Shown here: positions 27,828 through 38,869 of the stretch, piece by piece
How positions within the stretch are numbered: position 1 is the stretch's first letter
How the letters are laid out: the number at the start of each line of letters is the position of its first letter
From: an uncultured Bacteriovoracaceae bacterium
GTDB lineage: Bacteria > Desulfobacterota > Desulfomonilia > UBA1062
NCBI GenBank assembly: GCA_964513375.1
Contig: CAZEMO010000005.1
Coordinates: 65,175 to 129,174 of the forward strand
Direction: 5' to 3'
DNA: 64,000 nucleotides
The notes under the pieces: generated by a model
Seen by the model: only the letters and a program-made list of their open reading frames with translations
What the model was told of the DNA's origin: nothing
Database searches by the model: none
Position numbers and translations under genes: made by a program

Positions 27828-29285
27828 ATGGCTGATACAACAGTATTAAAGAATGACAACAAACCTGATGATATAGAAAAAATTCTAATCGTTGATGACG
27901 ATCCCGGAATACTTGATACACTTACAGATATGCTGACTGATCAGGGGTTTGAAATAGTCTCAGCCAGTGACGGTGCAGAGGCGTGTGCCCTTCTTGATAC
28001 CAACCAGCTGTTGTGTGTGCTGACTGATGTTATGATGCCCAATATGACGGGCATTGATCTGCTTAAGAAAATCAAGGAAAAGAATGTAAGCCTGCCGGTA
28101 ATAGTGATTACAGGACATGCATCTATTGAAATGGCCATTGAAGCAATGAAGCAGGGCGCATCAGATTTTATCACCAAACCTTTCAAGGTCAAACAGATCC
28201 AGTACATTATTAATAAGGTTAAACGGGAAAAGCTTATACTTGAAGAAAACAAGCGCTTCTCGGAAGAACTGCAATTCCGCCGCATGATTGATAATCTTAC
28301 GGAACAGATAGAAGATAAATCCCAGGAAATCAATTCTCTTCAGAATATGTCGTACAGGATTACCAGACTCAAAGGGGTGCATGAGCTTATCAATGCAATA
28401 ATTGACCTTGCCAAAGAACTGCTTTCTGATTCGCAGGTAAGCTTTCTCCCGACAAACCAGCAAGAAGGATCACTTGCTACACCTGAAGGAGATATTTATT
28501 TTGACGAAAATTTCCTTAAAGGGATCGCTTTAAGAAGAGAATGCATATGGGACGGTACCAAAGGTATTAATACTTTTTTCCCTCTTATAATTGAAAATCA
28601 GATATTCGGAGTATTGAGTATTAAAACCCATGTAATGCTTTCATCTGATAATGAACAGAAGATATTGTATCTGCTGCAAAGGACCGCTGAACGAATGGAA
28701 AACGTGGTTCTTTATCAGGAGCTTTATGAAAGCATCCTTTCGACACTTTACGGCATGGCAAAAATAATGGATGCCAGAGACCCTTACACATCCCAGCATT
28801 CGACAAGGGTGACTTCAATTTCAATAATGCAGGCGGATTTTTTAGGCCTCGGAGAGATAGACAGGGATATACTCTATATTTCATCCAAACTGCATGACAT
28901 AGGAAAGGTGGGAATTCCTGATAATATACTTTTGAAACCCAGTTCGTTAACAGATGAAGAATTCTCCATAATCAAAAAACACCCTGATATAGGCGCAGAC
29001 ATCCTGAAATCAATTTCCATAATGCATCGCGAGACTGAAATCATCAGGCATCACCATGAGCGCTTTGACGGAAGAGGATATCCTTCAGGGCTTAAAGGTG
29101 ATGAAATCCCTCTGCTTTCGAGGATTATAGCTCTGGCGGATACATTCGATGCAATGACTTCCGACAGACCATACAGGAGAGCTCTGAGTACCAAAGAAGC
29201 CATTGTTGAAATAAACAAGTGCAAGGGTGCTCAATTCGACCCATATCTTGCAGAATGTTTTATCAAAGTGATCGACCAGTATTAA
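27828..29285 (+). CDS. Response regulator with HD-GYP phosphodiesterase domain (REC - GAF-like - HD-GYP)
   Basis: REC domain (ILIVDDDPG...LTDVMMPNMTG) and HD-GYP motifs (HDIGKVGIPD, HHERFDGRGYP). Confidence 0.75.
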   Translation: MADTTVLKNDNKPDDIEKILIVDDDPGILDTLTDMLTDQGFEIVSASDGAEACALLDTNQLLCVLTDVMMPNMTGIDLLKKIKEKNVSLPVIVITGHASIEMAIEAMKQGASDFITKPFKVKQIQYIINKVKREKLILEENKRFSEELQFRRMIDNLTEQIEDKSQEINSLQNMSYRITRLKGVHELINAIIDLAKELLSDSQVSFLPTNQQEGSLATPEGDIYFDENFLKGIALRRECIWDGTKGINTFFPLIIENQIFGVLSIKTHVMLSSDNEQKILYLLQRTAERMENVVLYQELYESILSTLYGMAKIMDARDPYTSQHSTRVTSISIMQADFLGLGEIDRDILYISSKLHDIGKVGIPDNILLKPSSLTDEEFSIIKKHPDIGADILKSISIMHRETEIIRHHHERFDGRGYPSGLKGDEIPLLSRIIALADTFDAMTSDRPYRRALSTKEAIVEINKCKGAQFDPYLAECFIKVIDQY

Positions 29286-29287
29286 TG

Positions 29288-29782
29288 CTACTGATTTACT
29301 TTCTGTCCTCCCGTAACCGGTGTTAAAGCATTCGCGCCCTGCTGGGGTATCCCCTGCTGTTGCGTGCCAGGCATCGATGAAGCCCCAAGTCTGGATTTCA
29401 GCACCTGGATTTCGGAATTAAGCCTGGCATTTTCCTGGATAAGATCCTGGCTCTGCCCGGCGATTGACTTCAGGCTTGTGTTTTCATTCTGAAGCGACTG
29501 GATCTTTGATTGAAGGGCGACAAGCTGAGCATTAGAAGGGCTTTTCAGCATACTGTTATCCTTTTTCAAGCCCTCCACTTCTTTTATCAGATCTGCATTA
29601 AGGCGTTCCATGCCGTCGACATAACTGATGACATCCCTGAGCATTGCCTTATAATCCTTTTCTTTCGCCTTATGATAACCCCAGATATAGAAACCAAGGC
29701 CGAATCCCACAATGAACACAATTATCGACATGATTATTATCGGATTGTATATGAATTTCTTATTATCTCCCTGCATATCCAC
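29288..29782 (-). CDS. Membrane-anchored coiled-coil protein, function unknown
   Basis: One N-terminal TM segment (IIIMSIIVFIVGFGLGFYIW), then heptad-rich leucine/glutamine repeats and a Q/G-rich tail. Confidence 0.35.
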   Translation of the reverse strand: MDMQGDNKKFIYNPIIIMSIIVFIVGFGLGFYIWGYHKAKEKDYKAMLRDVISYVDGMERLNADLIKEVEGLKKDNSMLKSPSNAQLVALQSKIQSLQNENTSLKSIAGQSQDLIQENARLNSEIQVLKSRLGASSMPGTQQQGIPQQGANALTPVTGGQKVNQ

Positions 29783-29896
29783 CTCCGGATAAAAACCTAC
29801 GGAAGAATGTCTACAACGTCAAGAGAATAACAGGCAGTTAACTTCTTGTACTCTTACTGCAGGTTCAATATATTGCCGGACTATTATGGATTGATT

Positions 29897-29929
29897 CCCG
29901 CATCTCCCCTGATCCGGGGAAGATGCGGG
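29897..29929. terminator. GC-rich stem-loop (cccgcatctcccc-tgatcc-ggggaagatgcggg) 24 nt downstream of the nucleotidase stop; possible terminator
   Basis: A near-perfect 13-bp stem, seen directly. There is no clean U-tract, so it is weak as an intrinsic terminator. Confidence 0.3.
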
Positions 29930-29952
29930 ATAAGAATCTTGTATTATTAAAT

Positions 29953-31884
29953 TTAAAGGGTTGCAGTGCTGATAAAACAGTTTGTCTCCTTGATCCTGCC
30001 CGTCGGACCTGAATAAAGAGGCGGAACGTCGGGATAGCTTTCACCCCTGATGTTATCAAATGATCCTAGATATCTCATGAAACCTTCCCACTGTTGAAGT
30101 TCCTGCACACCTGCGGTAAGGGGATCTTTATCGACACGCGCCTCATTAAGCCCGTCCGGATGCACGGTTTCGTCAAGGTAGCTGACGCCGTTTTTATCCT
30201 TGGGAACAATTTTCAAGAATCCATAGGTATAATCGCCGATGACAGCTATGAATTGCGCCACATAGTAGTTGATTGCAATCTTGTAGAGCTTCTTGTTCGT
30301 AAAAGTTGTGTTCAAGGGTTTTGTATCGTAACCATTCGTTTCATCACCCAAATATATCTTCCGGACTCGGTAGAACAGAAGCAGTTTCGGGTTGTACTCG
30401 AATTTGAGCCCGCTCACATTGAGCCAGTAGTCGCTGTTGTTGCCCTTGAGCGGATAAACGGTCGTGATGACCTCGAGCGCCTTTCTGATTTCAGAGGCGG
30501 TAACATAAAAAGTTACCATGGGATAGCCTACGAACGGGTCGCCGTTGATGTCATCCTCAAGACCAAACCCCAGAGGCAGAACTCTGAAGGCATCCGAGAA
30601 ACTGATTTGGCCGGTTGTACCTTTGATGATATCGTCGCGTATGACACCGTTTGATTCCACTGCAAGGTCAACCTTGCGCGATTCAGGATCGGCAGGATCA
30701 TATTCCACCTCATCGACCATCCAGCGCATGGAATCTGCAACAAGGTTGCCGAGATTAGTCTCTGCGCCTGCGGTGCATACGAGATCGTAAATGGTCTCTG
30801 CTATAATGCCATCGAATGTGTAAGAATACCCGAGGACTCCGGAAAGGATGTCGTCTATTTCTAATTTGAGGTTGTCTGTGGCATTTACGATGGCCTCATC
30901 ACCCAGGATTGAGTCATTAACAGGCACAAGTTCATATGATGAAAAATACGGTGCGGACTGTGTAAGATCGAGATCAAGCACGCCCAGATAGCGGCCGTTC
31001 GAGCCGGCCTGTACGATAATAGTGTTCCCTGACATAATTGGAGTTTCAGATTTCTCATGGGTATGACCGCTTATGATTACATCTATTCCCGGAACTGCCA
31101 GGGCAAGGGCCGTATCTTCCTCAAGACCTGAATGCGATAGACATACAATAAGCTGGGCGCCTGCGGCTTGCAGGGCTGTGACGGCTGTCTGTGCAGCAGT
31201 TGCAGGAACATCGAAATCCACAGGCGATGCAAATGGTGCCACGCTTGCAGAATTTTCTCCAATAAGGCCAAAGAAGCCGACCTTATATCCATCAATATCC
31301 TTGATGTAATAAGGTTGAATCACATTGCCTATGCCAAAAAGCGCAGCAAGAGCATCATCCTTGGAGCTGGTATCTGAAAAGATAAGGTTTGAGGCCACGA
31401 CCTTCATATTCAAACCCAAAGTCGGGATAAGGCCAAATATTTTTGCCGTCTCGGAAGGCGTCCAGTCGAATTCGTGGTTGCCTATCGTAAGCACGTCATA
31501 TCCAAGCATGTCCATAAGCGTCAGCTCCGAGGTACCACGTTGCAGAGTGAATGCAGTTCCCATCAAGAAATCGCCGGCATCGACGAGTAGGGTCGGGGTA
31601 CCTTCTGCAGTTCGTGCAGCCCGGATGTCTTTGACCTTTGTGGCTATACGTGCAAAGCCGCCCACTGTAATGTCGTCATTTATTGACAATGGAGTATAGT
31701 CGGCTTCAGGTCCGAATCCTACAAAGTGAGAATGCAGGTCGTTGGTGTGCATTATTGTAAGATGTGTCGGTAAATCAGCCGCTGCCGGGCTGAAAACCAT
31801 AAAAACAGAAGCCCCAACCAGTAAGAGACTCAGCAAAACCCTCATCAATACATTGCCGGTAATATCTCTATAACGTTTATTCAT
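29953..31884 (-). CDS. Secreted bifunctional metallophosphatase/5'-nucleotidase (UshA-like)
   Basis: Signal peptide, metallophosphoesterase motifs (MHTNDLHSH, GNHEFD) and a 5'-nucleotidase C-terminal domain. A strong AGAGGAGGT SD is present. Confidence 0.75.
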   Translation of the reverse strand: MNKRYRDITGNVLMRVLLSLLLVGASVFMVFSPAAADLPTHLTIMHTNDLHSHFVGFGPEADYTPLSINDDITVGGFARIATKVKDIRAARTAEGTPTLLVDAGDFLMGTAFTLQRGTSELTLMDMLGYDVLTIGNHEFDWTPSETAKIFGLIPTLGLNMKVVASNLIFSDTSSKDDALAALFGIGNVIQPYYIKDIDGYKVGFFGLIGENSASVAPFASPVDFDVPATAAQTAVTALQAAGAQLIVCLSHSGLEEDTALALAVPGIDVIISGHTHEKSETPIMSGNTIIVQAGSNGRYLGVLDLDLTQSAPYFSSYELVPVNDSILGDEAIVNATDNLKLEIDDILSGVLGYSYTFDGIIAETIYDLVCTAGAETNLGNLVADSMRWMVDEVEYDPADPESRKVDLAVESNGVIRDDIIKGTTGQISFSDAFRVLPLGFGLEDDINGDPFVGYPMVTFYVTASEIRKALEVITTVYPLKGNNSDYWLNVSGLKFEYNPKLLLFYRVRKIYLGDETNGYDTKPLNTTFTNKKLYKIAINYYVAQFIAVIGDYTYGFLKIVPKDKNGVSYLDETVHPDGLNEARVDKDPLTAGVQELQQWEGFMRYLGSFDNIRGESYPDVPPLYSGPTGRIKETNCFISTATL

Positions 31885-32071
31885 AAAAACCTCCTCTTAA
31901 GAGATTATTTTCAGCAGGACATGAGAAAACATTATTATATTATAACAATTCAGTGGAGGTAGCAATTGATTTAACAATCAGGAAAGTGGAATTCAGATTA
32001 AGAATCTGCTCCCCTGCCCTTTCATACCTCAACTAGCTCATATAAGCCTGCACCATCTTTTGCCTTTTCCA

Positions 32072-33079
32072 TCACGCCAACCCGATTAACCGGCATAATA
32101 CCATGCAAAGTGCCCCCACCATCGCTGCGGCAGGGATAGTCACAAACCAGGAGAGCACTATGCTTCCAGCCACACCCCAGTGGACAGCTGAAATTCTTTT
32201 TGAGGCGCCGACACCCAGCACCGAAGAAGAAATGACCTGGGTGGTGCTTATTGGCGCCCCGAGAAGAGACGCGGTCATGATGACCCCGGCGGTGGCGCTT
32301 TGTGCTGCAAAGCCATGAACTGGCTGCATTTTGAATATTTTCTGCCCCATGGTCTTTATGATTTTCCAGCCGCCATTGATCGTCCCCAGCATGATGATTG
32401 ATGCGCAGGCGACTTTCACCCATAAAGGAACGTACAAATGAGGAATTTTATGGAACACGACAAGGGTCAATGCAATAATGCCCATGGTTTTCTGGGCGTC
32501 GTTCATACCATGGCTTAGGGCCATCCACGCGGCGGCAAGCACCTGAAGTTTTTGAAAGACTTTATTGGCTTTTTTATAACGAATCGCGAAAGTCAGCCAT
32601 GCAAGGCCGAGCATGATGAGATAACCGGCAACGAATCCGACAATCGGAGCGAGAAATATGGGAATGACCACCCTGGTGAATATGGAGTGGTATTCAAGCG
32701 AGTTCCATCCGCTGTTTACTATGCCCGCACCTATGAGGCCACCGATCAGTGCATGTGAGGAAGACGACGGCATGCCGATGATCAGGGTAATCACATTCCA
32801 GGAAATCGCCCCCATCAGCGCAGCCAGCATCAGAGACTGACAACCGGATATCAGCTCCGGCCTTATGATGCCCTTGCCGATGGTCTCAGCGACATGGGTC
32901 CCCAGAAAGGCCCCGGCAAAATTGAGAGTGCCAGCCATGATTACCGCCATCTTCGGAGTCAAAACCCTTGTCGAGACAACAGATGCAATCGCATTGGCGC
33001 TATCATGCGCCCCGTTAGTATAATCAAAGATGAGTGCAACCAAGATTGTAATGACAAGCAGAACTGGAAGGTCAGGCAT
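32072..33079 (-). CDS. Inorganic phosphate transporter, PiT family
   Basis: FDYTNGAHDSANAIA motif, about 10 TM segments. It overlaps the upstream DUF47 gene by 8 nt. Confidence 0.8.
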   Translation of the reverse strand: MPDLPVLLVITILVALIFDYTNGAHDSANAIASVVSTRVLTPKMAVIMAGTLNFAGAFLGTHVAETIGKGIIRPELISGCQSLMLAALMGAISWNVITLIIGMPSSSSHALIGGLIGAGIVNSGWNSLEYHSIFTRVVIPIFLAPIVGFVAGYLIMLGLAWLTFAIRYKKANKVFQKLQVLAAAWMALSHGMNDAQKTMGIIALTLVVFHKIPHLYVPLWVKVACASIIMLGTINGGWKIIKTMGQKIFKMQPVHGFAAQSATAGVIMTASLLGAPISTTQVISSSVLGVGASKRISAVHWGVAGSIVLSWFVTIPAAAMVGALCMVLCRLIGLA

Positions 33080-33704
33080 TTTTTATACTGATCCCTTCAA
33101 TAATGTTGGCAAGAGCTTCTGCCTTTTCCAGAGCCTGCTCGATGCGGTCGTATATCTGCGTCCACATGATGACATGCAGAAGCTCTTCACTGGAGGACGG
33201 CCTGCTTTCATAGAGTGAACCCAGCGCCAGGAGCAGATGCAGTTCTGACTCATTTTTGATCCGGTGAACGGTCCTGGAATGCTCTTGAACCTCATTCCTG
33301 CTGCTGAGATTTCTGATCATCCTGTCTATCTCTTCGATTATCACCTGCAGGCTGACGGAAAGATCAGCCGCGGCCGGCTCTACGGCTGTTGTAAACTGGT
33401 ACAGACCAATGCGTGAGGCAATAGCCTTTATCAGATTCAAAACGTCTTCCAACCCCATATTTATTGCGTGGATGTCTTCCCGATCAAGAGGGGTAATGAA
33501 AGTAAGGGAAAGCTGTGACGATATCTCCCTTGAGAGCCCGTCACCTTCAGCTTCCAGCTGATTGATTTTATGGCATCTGGCTGAAACCTCCTTGAAATCG
33601 CTGCATAATTCCGCAAGTGTGAGGGCAGCGTCTTTTACCAGGCTGCTCTGTTTCTCGAACAGATCAAAGAATTTCAAGACCCTTGGGAAAAAACTTATAT
33701 TCAT
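33072..33704 (-). CDS. DUF47 (PhoU-like) family protein, Pit accessory
   Basis: 210 aa, helical, paired with the pit gene as is typical for this family. Confidence 0.65.
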   Translation of the reverse strand: MNISFFPRVLKFFDLFEKQSSLVKDAALTLAELCSDFKEVSARCHKINQLEAEGDGLSREISSQLSLTFITPLDREDIHAINMGLEDVLNLIKAIASRIGLYQFTTAVEPAAADLSVSLQVIIEEIDRMIRNLSSRNEVQEHSRTVHRIKNESELHLLLALGSLYESRPSSSEELLHVIMWTQIYDRIEQALEKAEALANIIEGISIKNA

Positions 33705-33888
33705 GGCAACCCCTCTTTATTCACTGTTTCTTTTGCTGTCTTTTCACCACCTGTAAATGCGGAGACCAGATGAGCTTATTACTTCATGGATTTTTTGATT
33801 AGATTTGTCAAACAGGATTCATATCCTGCATGGCAATCTCGAAATCACACAAACGGTTTTCGATGGATTCATAAGTTAAGCCAGCGAA

Positions 33889-33960
33889 GGGGGTTGAACC
33901 CTTGACCTGCTGATTACGAATCAGCTGCTCTACCACTGAGCTACGCTGGCATGCGTTGAG
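33889..33960 (-). tRNA. tRNA-Thr (anticodon CGU)
   Basis: The reverse complement folds as a cloverleaf: acceptor GCCAGCG/CGCTGGC, D-arm GCTCAGTGGTAGAGC, anticodon loop TTCGTAA, T-arm GGGTTCAACCC. CCA is not encoded. Confidence 0.8.
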
Positions 33961-34002
33961 TCTTTTACATAGAGATTAAATTGTTGTCAATCGGTTTGGG
34001 CC

Positions 34003-34749
34003 TCAAAGAATCTGGCTCAGAAACTGTTTTGCCCTTTCATGTTCAGGATTCTTAAAAAAGTGTTCAGGGCTTCCTTCTTCAAGAATTTTCCCCTCGTCCA
34101 TGAATATGACCCTGTCAGCAACCTCACGCGCAAAACCCATCTCATGGGTGACAACAATCATCGTCATGCCTTCCCTGGCTAGCCTCACCATGACATCCAG
34201 GACCTCGCCTATCATTTCAGGATCCAATGCTGATGTCGGTTCATCGAAAAGCATCAGTTTGGGCTGCATGGCCAGCGCCCTTGCTATTGCGACTCTCTGC
34301 TGCTGGCCGCCGGAAAGTTTTGCAGGATAGATATCAGCCTTTTCCAGAATCCCGACCTTGCCGAGCAGCTCCACGGCGATTTTTTTTGCCTCTTCCTTGG
34401 AGCGTTTTCTTACCACAGTCTGGGCCAGGGCAAGATTTTCAAAAACCGTCTTGTGCGGAAAGAGATTAAATGACTGAAACACCATCCCGACCTCTTCCCT
34501 GACTTTATTTATGTCTGTTTTCTTATCATATAAATCAAACCCGTCGACAACAATGCTGCCCATGTCTATCTCCTCAAGCTTATTGATCGACCTTAACAAT
34601 GTGCTCTTTCCGCTTCCGCTGGGGCCTATTATGACCACCTTTTCGCCGTCATAAACATCCATGGAAACACTGTCGAGTGCTTTCAGCGTACCGAAGAGCT
34701 TGCTGATGTTCTTTATCTCGACCATTTTACGCCTGCTATTTTCCGGCAT
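34003..34749 (-). CDS. Polar amino-acid ABC transporter ATP-binding protein
   Basis: Walker [10 protein letters not shown], signature [15 protein letters not shown], Walker [13 protein letters not shown]. Confidence 0.85.
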   Translation of the reverse strand: MPENSRRKMVEIKNISKLFGTLKALDSVSMDVYDGEKVVIIGPSGSGKSTLLRSINKLEEIDMGSIVVDGFDLYDKKTDINKVREEVGMVFQSFNLFPHKTVFENLALAQTVVRKRSKEEAKKIAVELLGKVGILEKADIYPAKLSGGQQQRVAIARALAMQPKLMLFDEPTSALDPEMIGEVLDVMVRLAREGMTMIVVTHEMGFAREVADRVIFMDEGKILEEGSPEHFFKNPEHERAKQFLSQIL

Positions 34750-35539
34750 TTACCTTTTCCTCCATGATGCTTATGAGCTTCGAGAAAAACAGCGTGATCA
34801 TCAGATAGACCAGCGCGATAACCGTATAGGTCTCGAAATAGGTGAATGTCTCAGATGCATACTCTCTGCCCCTTCTCAAGAGATCGGATACTGCAAGAAT
34901 CGAGACCAGCGATGAATCTTTCAACAGGGCCACGAATTCATTACCGACCGGCGGGAGAATGGTTCTTACTGCCTGGGGAAGTATCACATGTACCATGGCT
35001 TGCGTTGACGACATGCCGAGAGAACGGGCCGCTTCCATCTGGCCTTTCGATATCGCCTGAATGCCCGCCCTGAAAACCTCACCCATATATGCGCCATAAC
35101 AGACCGACATAGCAATAACGGCGCTCAGCATGTCGGGAATATTAACAAACATCGCAAGGGCGTAATAAATGTAAAAGAGCTGAACAAGAAGTGGAATACC
35201 CCTTATGATCTCAACATAAAGCGATGCTATCCCGTTTATATACTTGTTTTTTGATATTCTTCCGAGCCCTGTAAAAAGGCCAATCACAAGTGCCAGAAGA
35301 ATCGATTCGATAGTAACCTGAAACGTAATCAGAATACCATCCGGTACAAACTTTATTATGCTCAGGTATGGATCCGGCTTGAATACTATAAGGGCGATGA
35401 ATGCTGCAATGGCCCCGAAAAACGATATCCTCCAGGCGGTGAACAATCCGGCATCTGTTTTAACGGGGATGGCTACGCCATCCCCCACTTCAATCACCTG
35501 GACAGGCTGATCTATCTGTTGTTTTGGATTTATAGCCAC
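34736..35539 (-). CDS. Polar amino-acid ABC transporter permease (His/Glu/Gln/Arg/opine family)
   Basis: TM protein with an EAA-like loop (AARSLGMS...VILPQAVR). Confidence 0.8.
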   Translation of the reverse strand: MAINPKQQIDQPVQVIEVGDGVAIPVKTDAGLFTAWRISFFGAIAAFIALIVFKPDPYLSIIKFVPDGILITFQVTIESILLALVIGLFTGLGRISKNKYINGIASLYVEIIRGIPLLVQLFYIYYALAMFVNIPDMLSAVIAMSVCYGAYMGEVFRAGIQAISKGQMEAARSLGMSSTQAMVHVILPQAVRTILPPVGNEFVALLKDSSLVSILAVSDLLRRGREYASETFTYFETYTVIALVYLMITLFFSKLISIMEEKVNAGK

Positions 35540-36276
35540 TTCTTTTCAATCTGCTTGTCTATCCCTTTTGCTTTAACAGCCTTAAGTCCTTTATTGATAA
35601 GATCAAGCATCTTTTTGTCGCCTTTTCTGACCATAACACCCAGCTGTTCCTTTGTCGGTATTTCCAGACCTATCTTGAACTTGTCCTTGTATTCAACTTT
35701 GTGCAGTGCATAGTCCCTTGCAACCGGTGTATCGCATATTACGCCATCAATCCTTCCGGCAGCCATATCTGCGAATGCAAGTCCTATTTCATCATATGTT
35801 TTGGTGGCAATTCCCTTGATTTTTTTTGCTTCCATAGCCCCTGTTGTACTGATCTGAGCACCTATTTTTTTGCCTTTCATATCATTAATTGTTTTAACAT
35901 TCAGGGCCTTAGGAACAATCAGGACCTGGTTAACCGCAATGTACGGATCAGAAAAATCATAAGTTTTTTTCCTTTCCTTGGTGATTGTAATCGAGGACAA
36001 TGCACATGCATTCGGATATTTGTCGCCCTTCATCGCGGCAAAAATTCCATCCCAGGCTGTGTTTTTATACTCAGCTATAAAACCGGCTTCTTTTGCTATT
36101 GCATTGAAAAGGTCAATTTCGAAGCCCACGATATTCTTATTCTTGTCAACCATTTGCATAGGCGGCCATGTGGCATCGGTGAAAACCGTGACTTTAAGCT
36201 GCTCTGCTGAGAACACAGGGCTGGAGATTATCAACCCTGCGAGAATGAACAATAAAAATGATTTGAAGATTTTCAT
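35530..36276 (-). CDS. Polar amino-acid ABC transporter substrate-binding protein (family 3)
   Basis: Signal peptide followed by an SBP_bac_3-like sequence. Confidence 0.8.
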   Translation of the reverse strand: MKIFKSFLLFILAGLIISSPVFSAEQLKVTVFTDATWPPMQMVDKNKNIVGFEIDLFNAIAKEAGFIAEYKNTAWDGIFAAMKGDKYPNACALSSITITKERKKTYDFSDPYIAVNQVLIVPKALNVKTINDMKGKKIGAQISTTGAMEAKKIKGIATKTYDEIGLAFADMAAGRIDGVICDTPVARDYALHKVEYKDKFKIGLEIPTKEQLGVMVRKGDKKMLDLINKGLKAVKAKGIDKQIEKKWL

Positions 36277-36378
36277 AATTTCCTCCTTAAAGGTAGATTG
36301 TCGTGGTTTCTCTCAACTCATGGAGCTAACATACTTTTATTTTTACGTCCACATTCTCCGCCCTGGCTCAGCCGGGCT

Positions 36379-37893
36379 TTATTGATTGCTTAAATCTGCA
36401 AACCTTGTCTTTTCATTAATTATGAAAAAAGGCTGAGAGTTGCAATCGTAACCTGGATCAATGTCCTTTTTTAACAAGGCATATTCTCTGATAAACACAA
36501 GGGGCAGGATATCAATATCAGCCAGTAATTTTATTTGAATGTGTTTTAATAAATCAGCCTGTCTGGTGTTGGAGGTTATTTTACCTGAAGCTTCAATCAG
36601 ATATTTATATTTCTTATCGATTACATTTTGAGTCATGAACATGTTCAGCAATGTATGGATATTACAGGTGGACTCAAACGAATACAGTTTAAGGTTATAG
36701 GAATCATCCCGGCATGTTTTAATACCGCTCACCGGATCAGCTGCCAATAAATTGATTCCTGTCTTAGTCAATGAATCCCGTATCGAGTATACTATTATAT
36801 CTGGAATATCTTTGCTGCTCGTACACAAATCAATAGATACTCCTTCCTTAACAAGAATCTCCTCTGATGAAACATTATTGTTTTTATAGTTAAGACCGAA
36901 CCTGATGATTTCATCCCGACTCATGCTGGCCGGAGTTATTTGAGGCGTCAGACCGTATAACCTCTCACATCCATTTATTTGAGAGCATAAGGCATCTCTG
37001 TTAATACTTTCTGCTGTTATCTTTCTTAACCTCATATCATTAAAGAGGACTGCGTCTAGGTTAAAACCAAGATAAATAAACCTGCCATTAAAGAAATACA
37101 GGTGTTTGATATTTCCACTGACTCCGGTATCAATTGTGTTTGAAAAACCTCTGGGCGGTATCAATACATCCAAATCGCCTCTTAATAACTCTTGTTCCAT
37201 CTTTGATGCATCAGAATCAAAATCAAACCTGACTCCGCCAATATCAGGTTTACCTTTGAAATAGGACTTGTTCGCCCGCAGGTACAGACTACCTTCACGG
37301 GTGCCGGGAACAAACATGAAAGCTCCTGTCCCGTAAAACAAACCTCTGCCTTCACAAACCTTTCGACTGAAAATATAAAATCCATTGTTGCCAGTCAGCT
37401 TTGTTAAAAACAGATCAGGTGAAAGAGGCTTCTCAAGTATAAGTGTTATTTTATACTTGGATTCTATGCGTGTCACAATGCCTGAAAGAAGACTGGAGCG
37501 ATCCGAAACAGCTAGCAATTCCAGTGAAAAGGCAACATCATCTGTATCAAGTTCATAATCCTGACCACCCGGGGGCCTGTGAAATTTAATACTTTTTTTA
37601 ATCGTTATTGTCCAATATTGCTTGCCTTCCGACATCCTGGGACTTGGTATGCTTTCAGCAAGTTCCGCTTCAACCGAGCTGGTACTCCCTGGAGAATATT
37701 TAAACAGTGAATTGAAGACCGAACCGGCAATAATTCTCTCAGCCCCGGTTTTGCATGAAAGGATACTTTCCGTATCAGGTTTTTGCCCGCATATACCTAC
37801 AATAAGAGTTCTCTCCGATGACAATATCTGTCCGGAAAATATGAAATAACATATAAAGAACAACAAGAATTTTTTCAGGTTCATATACTTCAA
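36379..37893 (-). CDS. Orphan family-5 extracellular solute-binding protein-like lipoprotein/secreted protein
   Basis: Signal peptide and an SBP_bac_5-like N-terminal pattern (TLIVGI...AELAESIPSPRMSEGKQYWTITIKKSIKFH...DTDDVAFSLE). No cognate permease or ATPase is adjacent. Confidence 0.4.
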   Translation of the reverse strand: MKYMNLKKFLLFFICYFIFSGQILSSERTLIVGICGQKPDTESILSCKTGAERIIAGSVFNSLFKYSPGSTSSVEAELAESIPSPRMSEGKQYWTITIKKSIKFHRPPGGQDYELDTDDVAFSLELLAVSDRSSLLSGIVTRIESKYKITLILEKPLSPDLFLTKLTGNNGFYIFSRKVCEGRGLFYGTGAFMFVPGTREGSLYLRANKSYFKGKPDIGGVRFDFDSDASKMEQELLRGDLDVLIPPRGFSNTIDTGVSGNIKHLYFFNGRFIYLGFNLDAVLFNDMRLRKITAESINRDALCSQINGCERLYGLTPQITPASMSRDEIIRFGLNYKNNNVSSEEILVKEGVSIDLCTSSKDIPDIIVYSIRDSLTKTGINLLAADPVSGIKTCRDDSYNLKLYSFESTCNIHTLLNMFMTQNVIDKKYKYLIEASGKITSNTRQADLLKHIQIKLLADIDILPLVFIREYALLKKDIDPGYDCNSQPFFIINEKTRFADLSNQ

Positions 37894-37909
37894 CTATTGC
37901 CCAGGGATA

Positions 37910-38869
37910 TCAATAAAAAACCGTGCGAGTTCTGTGTCTTGGTTTTATCTTTTTATAATAGGGCTGCTGACCTCTATGCCAGAGAATATTGTCAATAATT
38001 GCAGGTGTTGCACCCTTTGAATACCCTCCCATCATCTGAGAGATTCTTTCAACGGCATCAACCGCACAAGCTCTTATTTCCACTTCTTCCGGAGAACCCG
38101 ATGAGATAAGCTCGGAGTGGTCAATCCTCAAGGCAAGGCTGTCTTCATACTCCAGTATCCCGTCAATCCTCAGCACATGCGGCACAAGATTATCTGCAAA
38201 CATTGTCAGCCTGTAGAGGTCATCGAACCTGCCGATTCCCTGCCCGTCAAAGGCAATATTGAGATCAAGTGAAAGAATCTGCGCCCTCTTGAAAAAGGCA
38301 ACCTGCGAGCCTTTGTATTCAGCCGTATCCTTGAAGAAAGGCATGCCTGAAATGATTTCGACAAGCTTCTCGGACGAATTCGCTGAAGCTTCGATCATTT
38401 TTGTAAAACTTGAATCATAATTCTCTTTAACGTAATTGCCCAGATCTCTAAGAGAAGTGGCATAAAGCTCCATTAGCTCATGCACGATGTGATTACTTGA
38501 GTCCTGTCCCAATATTGCCGCGCAATCATTGGATTTAATATTCAAGAGATCCCCAGCCTTGAGCGGGGTTTTTTTAAAATAGTCATTCAATTCTGATGCA
38601 ATTGTATAATATCCTGACATGCCGGGTCTTTTTTTCAAATACGGGAAGTAGCCTGAACCGAAATTTATAGAATTGAGTACTACAAAGAAAGTAGCCGTAT
38701 CATCGCCATGTCCAATATAATGGCAGTTGATATCCATCTGCGGCCTTTCGGGCCTGGTTCTCGCAAGCCTCATTGCATAGTCATCGATTTTATCGTATCT
38801 GATGCGCACGAATTCTGAGTTATCAGCTACAAACCTGCATGACTGTCTTATATAATCAAAAGTCCACAT
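37910..38869 (-). CDS. Queuosine salvage protein Qng1/DUF2419 family (queuosine 5'-phosphate N-glycosylase/hydrolase-like)
   Basis: The motifs VAFFKRAQIL, TMFADNLVPHVL, EVEIRACAVDAVE and the C-terminal ...VFY match the remembered human QNG1 (C9orf64) motifs FYKRAQIL, TMFADYRLPQVL, EVEIRGC and ...CIYY. Confidence 0.6.
   Translation of the reverse strand: MWTFDYIRQSCRFVADNSEFVRIRYDKIDDYAMRLARTRPERPQMDINCHYIGHGDDTATFFVVLNSINFGSGYFPYLKKRPGMSGYYTIASELNDYFKKTPLKAGDLLNIKSNDCAAILGQDSSNHIVHELMELYATSLRDLGNYVKENYDSSFTKMIEASANSSEKLVEIISGMPFFKDTAEYKGSQVAFFKRAQILSLDLNIAFDGQGIGRFDDLYRLTMFADNLVPHVLRIDGILEYEDSLALRIDHSELISSGSPEEVEIRACAVDAVERISQMMGGYSKGATPAIIDNILWHRGQQPYYKKIKPRHRTRTVFY

Noticed and set aside
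29865-30059. 64-aa minus-strand ORF in the nucleotidase 3' flank
   Set aside because: It overlaps the nucleotidase stop and the GC hairpin and has no SD. It is better explained as a terminator region.
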